Assembly (NCBI GenBank): GCA_964247055.1
Contig: OZ176057.1
Span: 4,340,001-4,404,000, forward strand
Direction of reading: 5' to 3'
Length of the DNA stretch: 64,000 nucleotides
Source of the DNA: Paragordius varius
Lineage: Eukaryota > Animalia > Nematomorpha
In this document: piece after piece, positions 24,636 to 37,384 of the stretch
How positions within the stretch are numbered: position 1 is the stretch's first letter
Layout of the letters: each line of letters opens with the position of its first letter
Notes under the pieces: generated by a model
The model's database searches: none
What the model was told of the DNA's origin: nothing
The model's input: only the letters and a program-made list of their open reading frames with translations
Position numbers and translations under genes: made by a program

Positions 24636-25578
24636 GTAAAAATTTTTTTATATTTATTATGTATTTGTGTTAAAAATAAATAAATATTACAATAAATTTT
24701 TTGTATAAAAATTTCTGGTTGTACCTCCCAATGATCCCCCCTTCTCAGCACGCTCTTTCCTTCAAAAAATCTGGTCACCTTAACTTTAATGAAATAAATT
24801 TTAAAACTATGATTATAGACGTAAAAAAAAGTCAAAATTTGTTGTCTAATGTTATATATATTATTATAGATCGTAATACATATATAAAAAAACTATTAAT
24901 TACCTATGAATGACGTCACAAATAGTAGGCCTATCATTGTATGATTCCCGGTATTTATTGAAAATTTTAGATAGGATCGAAATAGAATTCCTATATTATT
25001 GGTAAAGTTTACACTTTAATCTCAAATCATAAAAAATACACCATGCTACAAGATTATAGTTTCCAATTTTATTATTTTTACAGTAAAAATATACAATATA
25101 CGGCTAAACGTAAAAATTAAAAAACAAATTGTATTGATATGAAAACTTTTTCAAATGTCAAAAGGAATGTAATTAATTTACTACTTTATACATACGACCT
25201 GACTAAGGTGGTAAATATATGATTAATTCGACGTTTTGCTGTTTTTAATCTTATTTTTCATTAAAAATATATTTTATATTATTATAAATAATTAAATATA
25301 GCCTTAAAGATTTAAATTATAAAACAATTTTTAAAAATAGGTATCCTACGAATGCGCCATCACAAATGCATGAATAAATTATATTCAATATCCTTTTTAC
25401 TTTTTAACATTATTCTAAAGTAATAGGGATTTCGCTACTTATTAGTATAAAGCAAGAACTAATTACTTTTGCATTTTGTAATCGAATTAGTTTCGATCCC
25501 AATTATAATGGGTGTAACACAAATATAACATGTGGTACATCTTATATTTGGAAAAGTAAATTCGTAAGGTGGTCTTTC

Positions 25579-25610
<32 letters not shown>

Positions 25611-26867
25611 CTGTGCGCAAAAAAGAGGATTATTTTGATTTAACGAAAAAGTTTTTTTTCATGAGATAGCTTATGACCAGCTTATTCATTTGCCGCAAAA
25701 ATTTTTATTTGATGACAACCTAGTTTTTGAGATATTGAGGGAAAATCGAAATCGGGCAAAAAGTGAAAATTAAGGATAACAAAATAATGATAAAATTTGA
25801 AATATTATGGTTTTTTATCATTTTAGGAGATATTTTCAATATATAAATAGCCTAAAATCATATAGTTTGGGTTTCTATAAAATTTCAGGTCAAAGGCGTT
25901 TTTCTTTTGTCACACTTAAAAGACAAAATAAATTTAATCAAACTATATTAAAATAAATTTTTTTAATTATTTACTACCTAAACTCACTATAAAAATCTTA
26001 ACATTCATATTATATTCAATAAAACAAATTTCTATATCAAAATAAAACCAAAAATATTGTTTTTTATTTTTGCTTTATTTTGTCATCTGGTTAATGAGTG
26101 TATAAAAAATTTATACTGTTTTATTTTGGATTCTCACATGTTTAGGAAATATTAAGAATATAATTTATGCAAAATAGGATTTAAAAGTAGTGGAATATCA
26201 ACCAAAAAAATCCTTACAATTTCCTCTAACAAGTCTGTTTTATGATAAATTAATATTTGTATTGGGATTTGTAAAATTTGGTTGATATTCCACTAATTTT
26301 CGATCATATTGTGCATAAATTATATACTTAATAATTCCTAATCATGTGAGAATCCAAAATAAAACTGTATAAATTTTTTATACACTCATAAACCAGATGA
26401 CAAAAAAAAAGCAAAAATAAAAAACAATATTTTTGGTTTTATTTTGATATAGAAGTTTATTTTACTGAATAAAATATGAATGTTAAGGTTTTAATAGTGA
26501 GTTTAGTTAGTAAATAATTAAAAAAATTTTTATAATATAGTTTCATTAAATATATTTTGTCTTTTAAGTGTGATAATAGAAAAACGCCATCTTTTGACCT
26601 GAAATTTTATAGAAACCCAAATTATATGATTTTAGGCTATTTATATATTGAAAATATCTCCTAAAATGATAATAAACCATAATATTTCATTATCATTATT
26701 TTTTGAATTATCCTTAATTTTCACTTTTTGCCCGATTTCGATTTTCTCTCAATATCTCAAAAACTAGGTTGTCATCAAATAAAAATTTTGCGGCAAATGA
26801 ATACGCTGGTCATAACTTATTTCATGAAAAAAAAATTTTTTCGTCAAAAATTATTTTGCTTACAGTG
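25611..26867. mobile_element. Long-palindrome foldback element family C, copy C2 (about 600-bp arms)
   Basis: Arms are inverted along their whole length (e.g. TTCATTTGCCGCAAAAATTTTTATTTGATGACAACCTAGTTTTTGAG and its reverse complement at about 26755-26805). Ends (TA)n|CTGTG and ACAGTG|TA are Tc1-like. Confidence 0.9.
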
Positions 26868-26888
26868 TATATATATATAATCTATATA

Positions 26889-27194
26889 TACCATTTACAA
26901 TTCAATTTCACTCTTAAACAATTCATATTCGCCCTTGAACAATTTAACAATTTAAATTCACCCTTAAACAATTCAATATTATAAAATTTTAAGATTAAAA
27001 ATTATTAATATTTATTTATTTTGTACTGAAAAATAATAAACTATGCCATAAAGATATATTTCATATAAATAATGAATTATATTAGTTCGAAAACACATAA
27101 TATTTTTTTAGGGTGAATTTGAATTGTTCGAGGGTGAATTTGAATTCGAGGGTGAATTTGAATTGTTTAAGGGTGAATTTCCCTGTAAATGGTA
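26889..27194. mobile_element. Family-A MITE (clean copy)
   Basis: TA|TACCATTTACA ... TGTAAATGGTA|TA with inverted 21-bp repeat arms. Sits in the TA-rich tract next to C2. Confidence 0.85.
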
Positions 27195-28329
27195 TATTAG
27201 TATACGCATTCGCACCTAAAATTTATCTTACATTAAAACAATATAAACAGGGAACTGCTGAAAAATCCTTAGTTTCTATGCAATGTCACGCCCACAAATA
27301 TTTTTGGGTGCTTAAAGTTGAGTTTTTTAACCAAAATAAGCATTATATGAACAATACACATAAAAAATATATTTTGGCGAAATAAATATTTTCTGATAGA
27401 AAATGCATCGGGATCTTATTGTGCTTTCAGTTTACAACCTTACGAGGCATTTAAATATGATATTTCATCTGTTGATATTGATCTAAAACGAAAAATCGGT
27501 AAATTATGTGGAATATGCTAAATAAACTTTGGTAGTAACCAACTGTTTCATTCAAAAAAAATAAAAGATATGATATGACAATTAATTTAAACAAAATTAA
27601 TTTTTTTGAGATTGATTTTTGCCGCCCTCTAATATGGGCTAATTTATAAAAAAACAGCAAAATTATGCGCTAAAATTATATATTATACTTTATGGAATCA
27701 AAAAAATATTGTTAAATAGTGCATATTTTGTTAAAGTATTCTTAGAAATTTTGATTAACCGAATGGTATTATGATGGTCAAAAAGTTGACCTATTAAAAA
27801 CACTTTACACTATTTGTTCCAGTTAACTTTGCCTTTACTAGTATGTTAATTTAATAAATAATGGATATGCCATATCCCGGCCCTTTGGGATTTTTTTAGT
27901 TAAAAAAGTGTTTCCCTTTAACGTTTGTTAATTAATTTATTGATTATTTTTAAGACTTTAATATTTATTAAAAACAAAAAATCGCTATCTTTTGAATTTA
28001 TATTTGAACATAATAAATTATTGATTCAATTATTTAAAAAACAATTAAGAGACAATTTTATCAGAGCAGAAATTAAACTTTATAATTATTTCGCCAAATA
28101 TTGTCATTTATAATTTATGGTTAAATATTTACATAAATTAAGTTTATTTGGAATTGTTAAACTAAAAATTTTTATCCAAATATATATATTTAAATCATTA
28201 TCCAAAGGGAAATATTTTTTCATCCAGACGAAAAATTTTTAAGCATTTTGTTTCAAGCATATAATGCTTTTACTTCCACCAACAAAGACTTGTTATTAAG
28301 ATTCTATAAATTGTTGAATCTATTGGCTT

Positions 28330-28800
28330 TTATTTAATACCTAAATAATATAAAACATCCTACATTCCATACGAAATAAATTATATCGAAATCCCCCATA
28401 ATCGATAATAATTTAAGAATATAAACACCTTATTTCATCCCATATTTACAAGACTATAATCAATCATTAATTACAAAAATCATCATTAACATAGTATTTA
28501 TCAAATCTTATACAAAAAATTATATCATTTAAATCTTTTTTAAATATCCCAATTTTCCAGTATACTGCATTAACATTCATATTTAACATTACACCTGCTT
28601 TAACATTTCAAAAATTTACTACAGCTGTGTACCTAAAAATAATTTTGTTTGCCAACATTTTAGCATCGAGAAATTGATTATGCTATCTGGCAATATTAAG
28701 TTGGCAATCTTTTTTACTCATTCTGCAATTGAAATATACATTTTACTGTCCGCACTAGAATTATAATGATTTTATGCTAGCCCGGTTAATAACATACATT
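28330..28800 (-). pseudogene. Possible APE endonuclease relic of a non-LTR retrotransposon
   Basis: Minus-strand LSIMGDFDI resembles the APE I.GDFNI motif; otherwise heavily decayed. Confidence 0.35.
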
Positions 28801-28869
28801 GTGTCTTTATCTGAACAAGAAGAAATAGAATTTAATAAACAGCTTCAAGACTTAATCTAAAAGGATATA

Positions 28870-29500
28870 TTATAAGGTGGTGATTAGTAAGGTTGGAAAT
28901 CAAGAGTACGACTACATGATGGAAAAACACGGATTAGGCAAAAAAAGGGTGGTGTTGATAGAATTTCGTATCAAATGTTTGTTGTGAATATATAGTATAA
29001 GCAAAAACGGCTATACACGTGACCAAATAGATCATTTTGTAGAACAACAAGCATGGAAAGCAATAGACCTTGTGTGCCTGCAGTCTGGAATTTATTTTAA
29101 CCATATTTCTCCTTTTCTGGTAGCTACTGCTACAGAAAAAGGATTGCAGCTTTTGAAATGAGTTTGGAGTAGAATGTTTAATGTGAGACAAGGTTAAGAA
29201 TGAAACAATAAGATAATTAATGCGAGTCACTTAATGAGAGCTATTTAAAAAAAGTTTAAGTATTTGGGCATATTATAAGTACGCCTTTGAGAAGGATTTC
29301 ATTTTTGGTTGAAGGGAAAATGAAAAAAGGATGACCGATGTTAAGATGGCCTACATTGTAAAAGGAAAACTATAACATGTCCTAGTAAGAAAGAACATAG
29401 TATGGGAAAGCGGACAAGTCGAAAGAACTGGTCAATTTAATTCCCAGGGGTTGAATTTAACCTATGGAATTACCTATCTACAGCCTAAATTGAGATTTAC
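28870..29500 (+). pseudogene. RTE-type LINE endonuclease relic
   Basis: KVGNQEYDYMMEKHGLGKK and DQIDHFVEQQAWKAID match RTE APE motifs (KVG..GKHGLG; QIDH..W). Confidence 0.6.
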
Positions 29501-30259
29501 AGACGATATGTAAAAAGATAATTAAGATGTCATTACTTTTTACTTATTTTTTGTTCTAATAGTTATTTTAAAACATATACACATACTTTACAATAAAAGT
29601 TAAAAATTATATTTAAAAAGGTTAGAGCGTTTTGGAAAAAATATATAATCTTATGTCCGGATAATTTCTATTTCGAGTGAAAATTAAAGTAAGACATTTC
29701 GGAACAGTAGATATAATGCAATTAAAACGTAAAAAAGTTAAAAACATTTAAAACGATTTAGCTTAAATCAATAATAATTTAAATCATTAGGATTACTAAC
29801 CCTAGCTTTACGATATATGACAATGAGTCACGAATCAAGGTATGAAAAGGCTGTAAAAAGGATTTTTTTTTCCGAAGTTTTATTTTTTGGATATTAACTA
29901 AAATTTAAACAAGCCATTAAAACATTATCTCTCTAAATAATCAAACCACGATTTTAAGAGTAATGTTTTATATTTATCATGGAAGTGATAACCTATATAA
30001 TATATTCCACGAATAAAATACAATTAATTAATTATATTTAAAGAAAAAATCAACCATATCCCATATTTTTATAACATTTCGGTTGTTAATAAGTTTGAAT
30101 GTCAATATGCTTGTTAGGTGGAAGTAATTTGGTCTATAATCTGCATATAATGTGTTGCTTTTAACAAACACTTTCATGTCTAGTTTTTTGCAGTAGAAAA
30201 AAAAGTTAATAATTGCTAATTTCTTGTAAAAAGTATATGTAAACATGCAACATAATTAT

Positions 30260-30506
30260 TAGGCGGTGCCCAACACAAATGGCTTCGCGGGCCACATTTT
30301 GTAAAATATATGGGCATCAACAAATAATTTATAAGATATATCGTATCTTCTTATTTACAAAATTTCAATAGTTTATTTCCAAAAGCAGAAAGATTTATTC
30401 AATATTTGTCTAGGAAAATTTAATTTACTAGGATTGTAAAATTTTGTATTTAAATTTCTTAAGTGCCGCTCAAATATTTTGACTGGCCGCGTGGAAACCA
30501 CCCCTA
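30260..30506. mobile_element. Small hAT (Charlie-like) MITE, degenerate
   Basis: TAGGCGGTGCCCAAC..GCGGGCCACA at the left and TGGCCGCG..CACCCCTA at the right. No TSD recovered. Confidence 0.45.
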
Positions 30507-30795
30507 TTCTTTAACTCGATTTAAAATTTAGCCCATACTGAATTTATTATTTTGTGATGTTTATGATTTTAAAATGTGAATATACCTTTAATTTGCAAAA
30601 TAAATAGGTTTGATAGTTTAAATTTTTTAAAAAAAAATAGTATTTTATTTTTGGCTTTGGAACTAAAACTAGAGTTTTTTTTTGATTACCAATATTAGTA
30701 ATATTGATTATGTAATTAAACACGTTATATTTTTAAAACATTTAATCACAATTACTACTAATTTATAACAAGAATTTCGGAAATTAAAAAGTATT

Positions 30796-30797
<2 letters not shown>

Positions 30798-30840
<43 letters not shown>
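30798..30840. repeat. (TA)n microsatellite
   Basis: Direct read of the sequence. Confidence 0.95.
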
Positions 30841-30843
<3 letters not shown>

Positions 30844-31303
30844 ATCTGTTAGTTTTATGTTTCTTGCTGGCCTGTTGGTTATACAATAGCGTATGATATA
30901 AAAAATTTGGTTAATAAATAGATATACATATCTAATCTATATAGGAAAAAAATGTTTAATTTTAAATTGTTTGTTGCTTTTACCCATCCGTTACTGTATT
31001 CCCAATAGGCTCATAATGTAAATTGACCAACAATATGGATACAGTAAATAAATTAAATGAATGAAAAATAAAAAAAATTTAATAGTAAATATTTACCTGT
31101 TTTTATGATCGGGGCTATGAAAATAAAATATAATATATATAATGAAAATCGCTTATGTAAAAACATATATAAATCGGAGATAAATAATAGATAATTTACG
31201 TAAATTATAATTTTTTAAACTGGTTTACTTTGAATATATATTTATTACTTCAGTTTAGATAAACTATGTTAAATATATATATGCCAAATTCTTTATTTAC
31301 ATA

Positions 31304-32160
31304 CTAGCGTGATCTAGGGGGAGGTGCAATTTTTGCCCATATACCCGATCTACAATCCTATTCAATTTATTATGATCTCATAATATTAGCTAGCCTCAAA
31401 AAATATTATTGAGCGAGAATAGTTTAAAGGCACCAAGCACACCAATTTTAACAATTTTAACAAAATTATTTATTCACCAATGATCTTAGTAAAAACCATA
31501 AGCAATTATTGAGAGAAACGTGCAGAAAAAGCTTTATTTTTGACATCGGGTATGGTTCTCTAAGTTTTTGTAAAATTAGGTCCAAAACCAGGCCATTATT
31601 GTATGGTGTCTCAGTTTTAAACCGGGAGACCCCTACACATAGACCTATATGGAAGCGCTGAGTAAAATTCTTTGCCTTTATAGGCAAATTTGGAATTATC
31701 TATGATAGTGTCATGGGTTAATCGAAAAAATACTTCAACACTAAGTAATCGTTAATGATGGCCTATTTTTAAGGCTAAAGCCCCAAATTAATGGATAATA
31801 AAATCCTGACCTTCTTTGCCTAAATACGGGTAATATTTCAAGCTTTTGATGAGCTTATATCACTTTATAAAATTATTTTAAATTTGCTCCAAAACAACGC
31901 AATTGCTATATAGTGCGCAGTTTTTGGTGAGTAGCGGGTTACTCAGGGACAGATATAAAAAAGTGTTGGGCAAAATTTTTGCCTTTATATGGGAATTGGA
32001 ATTATCATGGATTTCTAATCAAAGGTTTTCTGTAATTTAGCTCCAAAGGCATGCTGCATTGGTATGGTGACGCAGTTGTTGGCGGGTAGCCCCCGAGGCC
32101 AATAAAAAAACGTTCGATAAAATTTTTTGGCTTTATACGGAATACCTAGGACCATCATTC
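31304..32160 (-). mobile_element. Helitron fragment (3' end plus internal repeats)
   Basis: The minus strand ends AGATCACGCTAG|T, matching the AGATTCACGCTAG|T end at 55558. It carries the same GCAGTT..GGCGGGTAGC repeat family as 15745-17398. Confidence 0.6.
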
Positions 32161-32179
32161 ATTCCATATGTTCTTAATA

Positions 32180-32530
32180 TACCATTTGCACTTCAAAAGT
32201 GTCTTTAAACGCTTCAAGTTGGTCCTTGATCATTTCAAATTGGTCCTTGAACACTTCAAATTGGTTCTTTGACTCTTTTGTTTTGTTTTTAACTTTTATC
32301 AATCAAAGCGTATATCATTCGATTTTATTATTTTTAACCTATTTTCTGTTATTTATCATTAATTTTAAATCAATATCAACTTTTAATGATTCAGAAAACG
32401 TATATTATTAATTTCCTAAAATTATCGGATATTTATAAGATTTTAACACGAGATAAAATATATAAGTCTGGGTTATTAAATACAATTTTCCATTAAAAAC
32501 ATGTTTTTTCTTAAAAGTTAATATTATTTT
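32180..32530 (+). mobile_element. Truncated, diverged family-B element
   Basis: TA|TACCATTTGCACTTCAAAAGTGTC, three decayed 21-bp units and the B1-like centre. No right arm. Confidence 0.8.
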
Positions 32531-34654
32531 TTTATATTAAACATTTAGAAATATTTGCAATCAAATTTAATCAAGAATTTTTTCAAATGAATTTTGCCAC
32601 ATGTTTATGAACTTCTTAATTTTTAAATTAGCTTTTTACTGGTTATTCCAAATAAAATTTTACCTAGTTTGTTTTTGGATTTCCTTTATCATTGTATAAT
32701 ATTCAAGTATAAAATGTTTTTTTACTGGTTTACATATATTGAATAATTGCATATTTTGCAAAATGCTTGATTGTTTTTTTTGAAATAACTGAATATGCTT
32801 AAATGCTAATGTTATAACGATGCATGCAGAAAACCATTGGACACCATTTTTCAGTTAAAGGCAACAATCTCCACATGCAACATATTTATTTAAGCAAACC
32901 CGTCGAAAGCATATTTTTATCCAAACACAACATTTTTTCAGTTGTCTCTGCTTAAAAGTTGTGTTTATTTGAATAATGTTGCTTTCGCTTGAAAATGTTG
33001 TTGCGTTTTCAAGTTGCTTTATCAATTAATTTTTAGCCTTAGTTTTGTCCATAAACTAATTTATTTTATATAGGCACAAAGGGTGTTATTTGATTATTTT
33101 AAGTGGAAACCAGAAAAAATTTAAATGAATAAATAACGATGTGTTTTTGTAATATTTGAAATATATTATAGATGAAAATAAAGTTGATAAAATTATATCT
33201 TTATATATATATATATATATATTTAATATATTTGAATACAGAATTAAGTTTTGGACAAAATTAAAATGTTTGAAACATATATTATTTAATATTTGAAAAC
33301 GCTAAAAATTTAATTAATTATTAACTTTATATTAAATAAATATTTATAAAAAAAAATTATGAATTGATTGTTGAGTTTAAAGATTATGAAATAATGTTAT
33401 TTATTGCTTCGAAAGTTGCGTTGCTAAAAAATGTAGCGTTAATTTCGTTTGATTGATGAAAAGTTGTTTTTGCTTAAAAAATGTTGCTTTTGATTAAAAA
33501 TGTTGCATTTTTAGGAATAATTTTGTCTTTGATTAAAAAAGTTTTAAAGTCATAATAATATAAATAATGGAGTTTAAAGTTACTTTTTTTAAATTAATGG
33601 TGAGAGATTGCAATAATGTTAAACCATAGGGAAAATGTAAAATAATATAAAATATTTTAAAAAGACCGCTGTAATTATAATAAGTTTATTAATAACGCCC
33701 CATTGTTTTAAATAAGGTTCGAAGTAGAGATGAGTAACACAATTAATTATACATATATCAATTGTAATTAAATAATTTTTAAGGAAAATTACAGTTAATA
33801 GGTATTATTTTTGAAAAAATTGCATTTAAGAAATATACGCGCCGTATTATATGTAAATTAAATCATGCATCGTCACTAACATGCGAATGGTTGACTTTGA
33901 AGATGGAAAAATTTTGTATGTGAAATGGAATTAAATTTGGATATAAAATATTAGTTTTATTACAAGTTTAAATTGTGATCAAAAAGGGAAAGTAAAGTGA
34001 TTTGCATAATAATAATTGACAAATTAGGGAAGATAATAAACCCTGTCTTAAAACAATGCAAAGTTTTGTTAAAAACTAAAGAGGCGGAACATAAATTAAT
34101 TATCTAGAGTTTTGCAGTTAGAAATTTGGCTTAAACATAAATGGTCACAACATAGAAATTTTATTTGTTTACAGTAGCATATAATATAGCAAAGTTTATG
34201 AAATTTATGTAATAAAACTCTTAGTAAATTTTTCAATTTCATCATTTGTTAGCCACGATGCTTTATTTTTTATTTAAAAGATTAAATGTAGTTTAATTTT
34301 AAAATAACAATTTTTACATAGTAGTTTATGGTTCAGAAACATTTAATATTTTATTTATAGAAATATTTTTAGATTAGGCCAAAAAATTAATTAATATGCT
34401 TGCTTACAGTCTTTTAAGCCCATGATACAAATATTATTTTAACAACTGCAGAATCGTAAAAAAAGTCTTCAATCATTTCTAATCAAGGCATAAAATATAA
34501 TGATTAAATAAATAAGAGACTTTAGAATATGTTACATTCTACCAGCTAATTTTTTGGGTTTAATCTATTATATTATATTATATGTTTTAATTGTATTTTG
34601 GAGTTATCCGAATTTTAGAGTTCAACTCTTGAACACAACACATTAATTTCAGTT

Positions 34655-35065
34655 ATTAGATACAAATTGGTATGATTGGCAAAAAAGGTTCATTCAGTAA
34701 AAACTTGATTTTATCATGTTTTGGATGAAGAAGTAAAAATTTAGTCAACATGACATATGTGCATTAAATAAATGTGGAAATAATCCAAAATAAACCACCT
34801 TTTCAGTTTCTATCAAAGTTAGATGCGACTTAAATATAAAATAGGTGTGATTTCAGCTTTATGTTTGAATGAACGCGATATTTTGGAAATATTTTGTAAA
34901 ATAAAAATGGCGTCGTAGTAGTTTGATAATGTTTTTTTCCAAAACTAATTTTATTAGATTGGAATAGTTATTTAATTTTTATTTAAGACACTTTCTTTTG
35001 GTAGTTTTTAAAATCATCAACTTAAATTTAGTCTAGGGTATTTTCATACCCCAAGAATCGAAGTG
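34655..35065 (-). mobile_element. piggyBac-type MITE, diverged
   Basis: Reverse complement of the 40833 family; ends GAATCGAAGTG|TTAA. Left boundary approximate. Confidence 0.65.
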
Positions 35066-36194
35066 TTAAAGGCTAATAAACTGGAAAAAGGATTAATCTG
35101 GAACATATAGTGGTATAATTTTTTTCAAATGTTAAAACAGTAATTTCCTCAGTACTTGAACCCAAATCATCCGTTAAAATAAAAAATGTAGTTATATATG
35201 ATTTTGTTGAAACGTTATCTGCCTGTATAATTAATATTTTTATAATAAATTAATCTTTATAATTTTATATTTTAAATTACTTATTATAGCCATTATAAAA
35301 ACAGGAAGGTTCAATAATAACTCCTTTGTTTAGTAATATAAAAACTTGATTTTTCAAAATATTTAATAAATAAATATATTTGTTAATCCTTATATATCAG
35401 GCTCCCGTTCAACATTCATATTTGTAATTTACTAAAAATTAAATATAAAATACAAAAGTAATAAAACATAGCCTATAAGGTAATATTTATGTTATATTTC
35501 ACTAGCATATATCAATATTTGTCCGCATAGAATACAGAATAAAATTTTTGCGCTTTCTATCGCTTTGTAAGAGTGTTCACGCATGACTTCCCTGGTCGCA
35601 TGGATTAAAAAATTTGACGGCCACAATTGCAAAATATATAGTACTTAACAAGTATTATGCCATATTTTTAGCATACGACTGTATTCTAATCAGAAAATTG
35701 GAAGGAGATGATCAAATATGTTTAATAAAATTAATTAATTTTACTCAGCCTTCGTAAAATGTTTTAGCAAAAAAATATATTTTGGAGGGACGCATGCCGC
35801 TCGGGGCTAAGTTGAAGACCCCTGTTTTCAGTTCTCTAATGTAAATGTTGTCATATAATATATAACAGGTAATAAATTATGATTTGCATATTATAAAGCA
35901 TAAACTTACGAATATAGATGTTTCTTAGGGTTGTAACAAGTTGACTATCATTAAATGACGTTACTTTTGTTAGATAACTAGTATTGGCTTTTTGTTCCAA
36001 ACTCACTCTAAATTTCGCAAAGTTATGTTCCTATGTAATAATTAAATTTTTAATTACTAATAAGTAGACAGTGTAATTATACAAATGTTTAGACCAAACT
36101 AGATCAATTTTGGTAATGAATGTATCTATTGTGTCCGCTTTAAAAAAATAAACTGATAAGAATATTGCGTAATGAACATTTCATTTATACACTA

Positions 36195-36486
36195 GTTGGT
36201 CCTTGAACGTTAGTCCTCCAACAGTTCTATTTGCCCTTAAAATTTTTAATTTTATTTAATCATAATTTTTCCATTTTTTATTTTATTATTTTTAACCTAA
36301 TTTTTTATATATTATGCAAAAATAAAATTTTGGTATTATAACTAATTAAAACAACAAAATTATTATCTTATAAGTGAGAAAAAATAAATATTATTTAATT
36401 GAGTTTTAAAATCTTATAAATATTATAATAATTTTTAAAAAATAAAGATATACGGTTTCCAAATGGTTAAAAGATGATAAAAGTTG

Positions 36487-36517
<31 letters not shown>

Positions 36518-36530
36518 CTAGGTTAAAAAT
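36195..36530 (-). mobile_element. Family-B internal fragment
   Basis: GTTGGTCCTTGAAC followed by sequence colinear with 4380-4740. Confidence 0.6.
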
Positions 36531-36858
36531 GATAAAATATAAATGACATACGACACTCTCGAAAAGCAAATGCTATAATGTTGTATAATCTATTTTAATT
36601 TTTAATTCTTTATGTACGTTCAATTTTAAACAAAATTTGATGCAATTATAAGGATTAGTTAATGCGTCCCACTAAGATTTTTAAAAACATACAAAACCTT
36701 TTTGGATAGTCACCACTTGTACAATAGAATACAAAAAAATTAGTAAATATAAATTATACCATAAAACACATAATGGATGCATTTAATGTTTTAGGTCTGG
36801 GTGTTTAACATAAATGGCGCGAGCTGCATTGTAATTTAAAATATCAGCGGGCGGCATT

Positions 36859-36895
<37 letters not shown>

Positions 36896-37384
36896 CATTC
36901 ATATAAAATTTTTATTTTTTAAAATTGGTCTGTAATATTATGCAAACACAATGTAACAAACAATTTTGTATAGTTGTTGCCAGTTGAATAGATAAATATA
37001 AAAAAATCGGTTCAGAAACGTTGATTATACAGAAATTTTATGAGGATATCACAAAATTATGGATCAGATTATTTTAGCGGGCACATAAAGTTTCGGAGGG
37101 CGGAATTTTTCCGACCCCTATTTTAGATTTAAAACTATAAATAACCTTTGTTAAATTGAATGTTGAACTCCGATTGCCAACTTGTAATTGCACATAGCCA
37201 AAACTTGAATTTGTTAAGTTATAAACTATTATTTTTTTGATCCAGCCTCTCCCATACATTATAATTTTTTCTTGGATAGTTTCTAATAATGTATTTCAAA
37301 AAAATATAAAGGTAAAACTATATGTAAGTCAATTATAAAAACACTAAATAATGGCTATAGTATATAAGTATACATAGGTATACA

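Larger units (their letters stand above)
21468..24782 (+). mobile_element. hAT element (Blackjack-type TIRs), decayed and internally rearranged
   Basis: TAAGGTGACCA / TCTGGTCACCTTA termini with flanks ACTTTAAAT / ACTTTAAT (8-bp TSD with a 1-nt indel). Homologous to 37385-39790. Confidence 0.8.
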
